A program made the position numbers and the translations under genes. A stretch of 64,000 nucleotides of DNA from NCBI RefSeq assembly GCF_009914755.1, contig NC_060938.1. One strand, given 5' to 3'. The notes beneath the pieces are model-generated. The model was not told the DNA's origin. It was given only the letters and a program-made list of their open reading frames with translations, and made no database searches. This document shows, piece after piece, positions 54,786 through 64,000 of the stretch; position 1 is the stretch's first letter; each line of letters starts with the position of its first letter. This DNA is from the human T2T-CHM13v2.0 reference genome, Homo sapiens.

Positions 54786-57140
54786 TCTCTTCTAGTTCTT
54801 TCTTGTACAAATGACTATATAATTAAATCCTTCATTATGTGGATTTTCTGACCTAGAGATTCAGACTGGAATGACTGAGGGTGTGCATTAGGCTCAGTTA
54901 AGGAGACCTGGAGGAGGAGGTGGGACTTCCTTGGGGCCTTGCGTAATTCACTAGGTACTTGGAAGGAAAGAGTAACAAGTCCAGTTACTCTGGTCTTCAG
55001 TGTACTGGCAAGATCACTGAACTAATGTCGGGAAACCTGCCTTAACCATGAAATTAGGGCATGACTTCTGAAAGCTCTTTATGACTCTTTAGTCCATAGA
55101 GCCTATATAGATAGACGCTATCAGACTATGTTTATGACTTTGTCATTAGAATCTCTTTTGTGCCAAATTCAACTTAAGAGTTGTTGTGATTCCTGAGCTG
55201 GCCTGTACACTTATTTTTAAACGGGGAACCTAGCATCAAATCTAAAGTCTACCCTCCAAAGCTTTTATATCCTGAACCTATGTGCATGCACACTTTTTGT
55301 TTCCCCTCCCCCAGCACGCCCCGGGATAATAAAAATCAGAGGTCTGACAAAGGAGGAGAGCTCTCAGGACATGCTCCTCCATAACGGTCTTGCAATTTCC
55401 AGTGCGAGCTGGAGCAGTGCGATGTGGTGTGTGGTTGGAAAAGCAGTTTGTTCTCTGCTAATGACAGCTGTGGATACTGAAATGAAGCACAGCAGGTGGG
55501 ACAGCGGTACTCAATTTTCAAAATCTGTGCCCTAAAATGTGTTTGCTTAAACCTTGTCTCACCACCCTTTAGGGGCCTCCACATCCATCAAAACCAGACC
55601 CCAGGAAAGGAATTCAGGCTTCTATTTCTCACTAGCGCTTTCACAATCGCTGCTATGATTCAGAGGTTGTCTGGAAAGTTCAGTAGCCAAAAGTTCCCTC
55701 CTTCTTCCTAGAGTGATAAATTAAATCACTTCCAGTTCCCAGGGTGGGTGGAGGGGGGACTGGCCTTGCCTAGGTAGCCACAATAACTTTGAAAAGGACA
55801 TACAATTCCTCACAAGCATGAGTTAACAGCATTATGTTGTAAGGAATTCATTTTCTCAAAATAATACATGGGTAAGGTGTTAATAATGCCATTGGCTGTT
55901 TCTGAAAGCCATGGATGAGGAAAGAAAAGTTTGCATTTTCTGCGTGTTGGAAGATTTTAAGCTTTTCAGGTGTAGTGCGTTACACTAAATTCTTACATTG
56001 ACTTTTTATATAACGTGTGCTTACTGGAGAACTACCGCTTTCCCCTTCTAAGGTGAACGTGGATGCATGGTGTAGGTTTGTAGAGTGTTATTAAGATATT
56101 TAGAAAGTTGCAAGGCAAAACGTACCCCCTCAGGCAAATGACTGATGCTTTATGTGTTCTTCTTTACCAACATGTTGAATGATCTTTTTTCCTTTATGTT
56201 TTTCAGTGGTCACTTAGGCATAGGTAGAGGGGGTTAATGAGCTTTCAGCTCTTACCTGAGCAATTTCTTAGGTGGGTACCTCCAGTAATTCTGAGAGTGC
56301 TTGTGTTGTTTTAAGCTGGTGTTGAGTGGATAATTTACCAGAAACTCCTAGTTTCATAGTTCTTTTACTTTTTGAATGTTATTTTTCTTCAAGAAGAAAG
56401 TTTTCAGCACAGCGTTCAGGTCCCTTGTGTTGGGGGAAATCCTCTGAGAGCAAGATCTCCCAAGGGAGATGCAGATGGCACAGTTGTGAATTCAACAGAC
56501 TTTGCAGAAACGCATCAGACTCTTCAAATCCAAATGCATTATCTTTCCATGTAATTCAATCACCTGTTATTTTATGGCTCTGTTTGATTTGATTAAAACC
56601 TCAGCAACCAAATCATTTGTATTATACATTATACAACTTCCTATTTTTATTTCCATCACTTTTGATCCCTTTCGGCAGGTTTCACCAGACAATTCAATTA
56701 TGAACTGTTTTAGAAAAATTACAATTTAATCAATAAAGAGAAAGGGCCAAATTTCTAAACAAGATCGAAGGATATAAAACAGCACAAAAATTACCTTTAT
56801 TTCAAAAGGTACATTTGGTGACATTTTTGGCATGTGGGTGCGCTGTTGTATCCTCTTTGGTGGTTAGATAGATGACAGCCACTAGTTTCTTGTGAATTAA
56901 AAGAATGTGATAGATAAAGACTTAATTAAAATAAACAGAATCCTGCTCGCTGGTAGGCAGTGAACTCTGCCAAGAATTTTATGGGAAATAAATGAAGCTC
57001 CTGAACTTAAGAAGGGACAAAGAATGGAAGTATGTGCTTTGGTAGCAAGACTACTTGTCCTTGTATAGAAAGAATGAATTTTTTTTCCATGGGACATTTA
57101 CTATGATAGCAGGTATTTTTGGTTTTGTAGCATTCTACTT

Positions 57141-57310
57141 CAGTGTGGCTCAAACATTAGCATGCATCAGAATCACCTTGGAGGCCTTGTTTAAACTCCA
57201 TTGCTGAATCTTACTTGGAGAAATTCTGATTCCTTTAGGTCTAGGATGTGGCTAGTCAAGCTTCCAGCTTCTGCTGCTGGTCCACACAGCATGGGTTGAG
57301 TAGCACCACT
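57141..57310. mobile_element. MER5A hAT MITE
   Basis: ctcaaacattagcatgcatcagaatcaccttggagg...ttctgattc..taggtctag...gctgctggtcc..ttgagtagcac. Confidence 0.8.
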
Positions 57311-58664
57311 CTATATAGGAACCAATTTTGAACAGTCTTGCACTTTTTTATTAGCTTGTCCATTGCCATGGTGACAGAAAGAATGCCTCTGCCATAGATG
57401 AACAGCACAAGCTTAAAGAAAAACTAGACTGAATCTTTTTTCCTATGTTAATTTGCGTTTGTTCATAGCATTTTTAATATCATACTAATTTTTAATCTTG
57501 GATCCAAGCTAGTTGGCTCAGTGTGTTTGTAAATACTTCTCCACATCAAATTTGTAGAACATCTTTTTTTTTCGCCCATTGAGGTCAGCATAGTCTGTGA
57601 CATGGCATGTTGTTTTCCTGCCAACTCACAGAAGTGAAGAAATCCATTCAACACCCGAGAAAAGTTTTGTAGGACTTTACAGTGTTCCCTGCTTTGATCT
57701 GAAACAAGAAGAAGCTGACATTAGTCACGTATTTTACTTTAGACAGCTACTTCCAGATTTGTCGGATCAAAATATCTTATAAATGACTCAAATGTTATAA
57801 CAAATGGTTCAAACCTCATGGCATTTGTGGAAAACAATTTAATGGGGTCCCTGAGCAGCTACAGGATAAAGAAATTTGAGTTATGAACTCTAGCAGCATT
57901 TTGATGTGGGGTTTGCATTCTGGTGTGCCTCTGTGTGTACTAAGTATTTCTCTCTTTGTAGAACTTCTGGTTTCTTCTGTGGCAAGGTCAGAAACAAACA
58001 TGCCTGCATTTTCTATAGCCTCTGTGGCTTGGCAAGGAATTTATTTCTCGTAGATGTGGAACTCTCTATGTAGATATAAAGATGGAACCAACCTTAAAGA
58101 ACATCTGATTTAGACTTCTTATTTTACAGATGAGAGAAAAAATACACTTCAGTGACTTTTATATCACTGTATATTTTTAAAGTGCCATTTCTAAATTTAG
58201 AAGGTTTTGAAAATTAATTTCAAGGTAGGTTCTTATGAAAAGGAAGTTAGTTGGTAACCCCCAATGTGTTTGCAATTTTGACGCTCTTTCTCCAGCAATA
58301 AGAAGTTTTACCTCGAATTCAGTGGATGAAAAGCCAATATCCTTAGCATAACTGTTTTTGTCATTGGTGGATGACAGAACTTTAAAAAGGAGACGTTAGG
58401 ACCGTTCACTCATTGACAGAAGGGTTGTGGGGCACCTAGCCATGTAGTGCCTAGACTAGGTAAGTATTTTTGTCATGTGGTTTAACATGAAGTTGACAAA
58501 AATTTTTTCATTCCAATACTCATGAGCTAAGGTCACAGACAGTGGATTGATCAGATTCTAATGAACATATACATTCTAGTGAACACTGTACACATAGTTA
58601 TCTGTAGTACTCTTCTTGGTAACAAATTAGAATTCTGTTATAAGACTGTCACACTAACACCACC

Positions 58665-58950
58665 ACAATAATAAAAGTGATGATTTATTAAGTCCTTATG
58701 TGTCAGGCACTTTGCTAAGCACCTTGTATGATTTGTTGTCTATTAATTGTCACAGCCAGCCTTTGAGTACAGTAGGTATTGGTTCCATAATTATATAATG
58801 TTAATAAGTACTGTTATTATTTCCATCCTGTAAAAATAGAGCTGCACCTTAGGGAGGTCAAGTAACTTGCCCAAGTTCACACAGCTACGAAGTGGTAAAG
58901 CCAGGATTTAAAGCCAGGTCTTTCCATCATTCCAATCTATTAAACTCTGC
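58665..58950 (-). mobile_element. MIR SINE
   Basis: atttattaagtccttatgtgtcaggcactttgctaagca...aagtaacttgcccaagttcacacagctacgaagtggtaaagccaggatttaaagccaggtc. Confidence 0.85.
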
Positions 58951-60221
58951 CACCTTCCAAGGGAGTAAGAAGGATTATGTCCTCATGAATGAAGAGTTTA
59001 ATACAAATTCAAGCTGAATGGGCAAGTGTTTTTTTCCTTCTTGACTCCTATGATTTGCTGCAGAGTTTTTTTGACAAAGAAAAAGCTCACGCTCTGGATT
59101 TGTGGGGACTTGTTATAAAAAGTCACTCTTTTTACTAGCCGCGATGAATGTATTTTTTCCCCATGGGGGAGAAAGGTTTGAGAGGGGTGAGGTGGTTAGA
59201 AGAAGTTGGAGGAGAAGACTTGCGTGCCCAGGCTTGCTAAAAAGCATGTACCCCAGGCGCAAGAGTAATTGTTTAATAATTCTTCCTCCTAATATATTCA
59301 TATCCACCGGGGGCCAGTTTGAGAGATGATTAGGTCACAAGTGAAATGAGTTTGGTGGTCTCAGCATAATCCCCCTTGGACATGAGTTCACTCACACAAT
59401 TGCAGTACAATTTTGTCCATGTCTGCATTATTGTCTGCTTCAACTCAGGAGATGCTCAGAATTGAATTAACAAGGGGCTCCGGGTCAGTCTGAAGGTGTG
59501 CAGAGGCAACCCATGGTATAAGGAATAGTGCCTTGTCAACGGAGTTGCACATAGACAGGGCAGCTTGTCCCACACCTCTTTGTCTCTAAATCCAACCTCC
59601 TATCCCTCTCAAGTAGATAAACAGTGTACACTCTAAGTTTCCAGCCTCTCACCAAGTGAGGTTATCTGAGTCACAGATAAGGGCCATCCAGTTATTCCTG
59701 CTTTGCACTTAGACTGATTTGGATATATAACCTTTACCAAGACGATTGTGATGCCCAAATTGGTTGCGTTGCTTCCCTTGGTGAATATTCTTCTCCTAAA
59801 AAGGCATAAGTAAGTTGATGAGGAAGCAAAATCTCCTGAGAAGTTAAAAATAATTTAATCTTATCTAATCTCGTCAAGAAGGTTCCACAAAATTTAACAA
59901 ATTGAATTTGAAATTAGAACATGAAAGAAAGAAATTATATCATGAAATAAAGCTCTGTCAAATAACTAAAAGATCGTACTGTACCTTATCCTAAACACTT
60001 GCTACTCTGTCATAAAAACCTTTAAGATTGAACTGACATACCTGTGATTATTTCATTATATGATTATTATAAACTACTGGATAAATTACCCATTAAAGTC
60101 ATTTTTAATCCAATTAAAATCATGACAGTTCTAGTTGACTCAATTCAGTCTCCTAAATCATCTGTAGAAAATACTGTAGAATAAATTAAGTGCCCAACAG
60201 TTAATGTCCTTTTGCACAGTA

Positions 60222-60365
60222 TTTTAGAATCATAGATGTTTGGGACTAAAAGGGACTTCGTATTTAGTCTAACCCCATTTTATATGGAAGAAACTGAGGC
60301 ACAGAGATTATGACTTGCCCAATGTTACACAGCGAATCTGTGACCAGAATCCAGGTGTCTTCATT
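60222..60365 (-). mobile_element. MIR3-like SINE
   Basis: tagaatcataga...tctaaccccattttatatggaagaaactgaggcacagaga..tgacttgcccaatgttacacagc. Confidence 0.75.
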
Positions 60366-60725
60366 TTTAGTTTAGTTCTGGCTCTGTCGAGCCAATTATT
60401 CTCATATTTTTTCAGCTGTAACATGCATGTGTGTGCACACACAAACACATAGCATGGCTACTTCCACACTCACTTCATACCCCTAGGTTATATTCAGGGA
60501 TACCTACAATTCCCAGCATTCCAGTTACAACTTCATCTCCCTTCTCATTCCACTCAAGAAAATACATGGAATAAGAATGAGTAAGAGTGGCATTATCATG
60601 AGGGTTATTTTGAATGGGCATATTTACATTCATAAATATATATGCATGTATATATAGAAAATCATTCCCATACTTGCTACTAAAACACTTATTAATGGCA
60701 GTTATTAATGAGACTTCTCTTAGAC

Positions 60726-60946
60726 CAAGGGTTTATGACCTGTAACTCCCACCAGCCAAATCTGGCCTGCTGCCTGTTTTGCAAATAAAGTTTCATTGAA
60801 ACTCAGCCATACCCATTTGTGTAAGTATTGTCTGTGCCGCTTTCACTCTACAACAGCAGAGTTGTGAAGCTGGACAGAGCATATCGCCCACGAATCCTAA
60901 AATATTCACTATCTGGTCCTTTACAGGAAAAGGTTGCTGATCCCTG
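60726..60946 (+). mobile_element. MER58A hAT MITE
   Basis: gccaaatctggcctgctgcctgttttgcaaataaagtttcattgaa...tatctggtcctttacaggaaaaggttgctgatccctg. 8-bp TSD tcttagac/cattagac (6 of 8 match). Confidence 0.9.
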
Positions 60947-61251
60947 CATTAGACAATTCTTCCAACTCACGGAATACAGTCATACTTTTTGCATTACTCT
61001 GTTGTTCTTAACCACTCAACAGCACTGGACACCACTGCTTGTAAGCCCCTTCTAGAAACTTTTCCAGAATTTATTGCTCTTCATGGATCTTGTCCCTCTT
61101 AACACCTTTACGATCTCTTTTCCTCTTTCTGCTTTTAAACAACTTTGTACTTTATTCACATGTCCCCAAAGACTGGTATAGCATGTTAAGAACATTATTG
61201 TTTAGTAACCGACATGGATGCATTACTGCATGCTAAACACAAAGAAAATTG

Positions 61252-61515
61252 AATAATAATGGTAGCTAAGCCCTATTTAACACTTTCTATGAGGTAAGAT
61301 AGAACACGTCCGCACACATGCACATACATGCACACACTCTTAACCCTCATAGCATCTCTGCTAAGTATACTAAATAGGTATTTATAAAGCCCATTTTACA
61401 GATGAGTAAACTAAATTAAGCACCTTTGCCTAAGGTTACACAGCTAATCATAGCAGTCAGTGGGAAAGCTAGAATTTGACACAAGTCTTTTATCTCCAGA
61501 GCCTCTGTGTTTTAC
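61252..61515 (-). mobile_element. MIR SINE
   Basis: cccattttacagatgagtaaact...tgcctaaggttacacagctaa...agaatttgacacaagtc. Confidence 0.75.
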
Positions 61516-61789
61516 TTTCCTCTGGTACTAAACTTAAGATCATAAAGTGAGATAGAGAATTAGAAAATCTTTCAGGTAAATACTTCCTCTTTCCTTTCAA
61601 GGAGGGGTTTCAAGGGAGGCTTTTAGATTTAAAAAGGGAGCATTCTTTACTTGCTTAGTCTGTTTTCATTCTTCTACCACTTGTAAGTACAAGTTTTTCT
61701 GTTCCCTCCTCATCTTCCTGATGAAATTACATACTGTGGAATAGATCGTAGCTACGTGATTCTTTCCCCTAGTACGAGGAAAATATAAC

Positions 61790-62030
61790 TAAGTGTAGAG
61801 ATTGGAGCACCAGAGTCAGACTATCTAGCTTCAGATCCCAGCTTGACCATCTAATAGCTGCATGCCCTAGGGCAAGTTCTATAACCTCTCTGACCCTCAG
61901 TTCCTTATCCTGAAAGTGGGGCTGATGATAATAAGCACCTCATTGGAGTTACTGTGCATATTAAATCTGTATCTATGCAAAGCCCTTTAAGTGGATCTTA
62001 GGACCTGGTGAGCTCTCAATAATATTATGT
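61790..62030 (+). mobile_element. MIR SINE followed by a (GAT)n-like tail
   Basis: agagtcagact..ttcagatcccagct...gggcaagtt..taacctctctgaccctcagttcctt; degenerate GAT repeat at ~62040-62080. Confidence 0.8.
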
Positions 62031-62829
62031 AAAAATTGCGATGGTGGTCGTGATAATGATGGTGATGATGATGATGATGAAGATAAGAATTCTCATAAAG
62101 CATTCCTATGGAGTCTTACCAATTGCCCTGCCCTGCCTGGCCTTTGGAGTTTTATCATGGGGACTGCATAGGTAAAGTGGCCAATGGCTGGGGGAAGAAA
62201 TTTCTCCCTTCTCTAAACTCATCCCTCTGCATTCTGTATCTAGATCTTGGTCTCCCAGCATGGGATTAGTTTACGATCTACTGAGGCAGATGAACAGGCT
62301 GTATATAAAGGAAGTAGCAAATAAATATTAAACAGTTCTGACATGGTTGATGGAGGAAATGCTGTGGCTTCTTGGATTAGGTATTCACTATTGGCATCCT
62401 ATATTCACTGAAAACCCCCAGTGGTTTTGACAGAGTAAACAAACACACTAATGTTCATGATACTGGCCAACTTCTAAATCAGGTGATTGTAGTTCGCTTA
62501 TCTTAGTTGGATTTCCGGTGGGTTCTTCTCTGCTTGTCCTAAAGCACGGGTCATCAACCTCTGGCAAACAGGCTCAGTTCAATTGCTCAGACATTTCCTG
62601 AAGTCTACACCCTATTCACCAAAAAACTGTCGAAATGTCATGACATACATTACATTTGCATGGTGCTCTACAGTTTACAACATGGCTTTCATTTGAGTTA
62701 TGTCATTAGATCTTTGCAACATCCTGGAGTTATAGAATCTAGGAGTTTGAGGGAATTGCCTGACAATATAGCAATGGAGCTGTAGGGGGAAGGAGTTTCT
62801 CATGGGTGTATTGCTGTTTTATGCTTCAG

Positions 62830-63196
62830 GTCCTTTGCTTAGGCTGTTTCTTCTCCCACACCTGTAAAGCTTCTCTCTAAAGGTTCAACTCAGGCATCAT
62901 TTTATTTAGGAAAAGTTCTGACAGCCTCTTGGTCCTGTCCTTTTAGCTCCTCACTCCTTCTTTGTGCTTTCGTCATGCCCCGCAGCACCTAGGGCTCAGG
63001 TCTCTTAGCACATTTACCATATTAAATCACCGTTACATATTTACATATTTGCCCATCTAGTTCCCGCCCCCAGGCCTTACTGTGAGCACCTGTTACTCAG
63101 AGAAGCTGTTTATTTTCCATTGACCTTTTCATTTCTAGCATATAGCACAGCACCTGGCATGCAATAGGTGCTCAGTAAATGTGTAACATATTGAAC
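62830..63196 (+). mobile_element. L2 LINE 3' portion
   Basis: Ends tagcacagcacctggcatgcaataggtgctcagtaaatg. Confidence 0.7.
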
Positions 63197-64000
63197 AAAT
63201 CTGATTCCAAATCCTCGGCTCTCCCCAGCACCCTCCCTGAACCAATATAGGTGCCCTCCTGCCAGACCCAAGCAGCTTCCGAACATCCACCACGTACCAG
63301 AGACTACAAGGTAAAACCAGATGAAACAATTCTTGACTGACAGCAAAAGATGATATGACTAACTTGAAGAGTAATAAATGAAATGGCTGAAGAATGCTTT
63401 CATGCTATGACATATCAAATACCAATTAAGTTCACTGTATATTCAGTACAAGCATGCTAAGAGGATGCAGGTAGCTCAGGCAGCGGGGGAGCCTTGTTGA
63501 GATGGGAGATTTTGAGATGGGTTGCTCATAAATTGATGCAGAGGCCCTGGAGGTAAACAGCTAGAGGAGAGGTAACTCATGGTGGGGGTGGGAGAGATAG
63601 GAGTCAGTTCCTCTAGTTGGATGGCAAGGTAAGGAGGATTTTCAATTTCAGGGTGAATAATTGAATCTGATAATAGAATTGGAGCTGCTTGTGTAAGTGT
63701 GCATCAAGATAACCCTTGAGCCTGACTTACCCTCATTGTTCCATTCCTTTGAGATCAACCAAGAGTTCCAACTCCAAGAGAAAAAGGCAAAGAGAGCTGT
63801 CTGCTTTATTGCAATGCCTCATCACTCTGCAATATATCTGTTCTCTCTTTCTACTCACACCAACATAAACAGACATCAAGGATTTTTTTTTTTTTTTTTT
63901 TTTGGCATGTTACCATGCCTTTGCAAAAAATGAAATTTCCTTGACCTGGAATACATCCTCCTTCCTCCACCCTTTCATCTCACTAGTTAACTCCTACATA

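Noticed and set aside
61252-62030. Inverted MIR pair as a dsRNA or ADAR substrate
   Set aside because: The copies are too diverged for an extended duplex.
63725-63797. Minus-strand 41-nt exon with strong gtaagt donor
   Set aside because: The acceptor would be GAG, which is rarely used, and there is no other support.

Overview
This is AT-rich primate (most likely human) non-coding DNA, either a long intron or an intergenic gene desert. I can identify no protein-coding gene, RNA gene, CpG island or prokaryotic feature, and I cannot name the locus. The only ORFs with clear protein identity are broken pieces of LINE-1 ORF2. The window contains: a 3.9-kb 5'-truncated, 5'-inverted L1PA7-like insertion with a perfect 15-bp TSD (40258-44132); four solo LTRs (MER41A, MLT1I, MSTA, MLT1G-like); hAT MITEs (MER1A, MER58A x2, MER5A x2, MER3); and many old MIR and L2 fragments. 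I found no Alu in the 64 kb. The most interesting observations are: (i) the L1 sits in one copy of a ~230-bp local duplication whose second copy preserves the empty site; (ii) two ancient-looking imperfect hairpin elements at 37.4 and 39.0 kb; (iii) a probable fossil non-LTR reverse-transcriptase fragment at 23.5 kb; (iv) a well-formed candidate 16-nt minus-strand microexon with a downstream RBFOX motif. Repeat family names come from my recollection of consensus sequences, not a database search, and boundaries of old repeats are approximate. I do not see convincing evidence of a new biological system.
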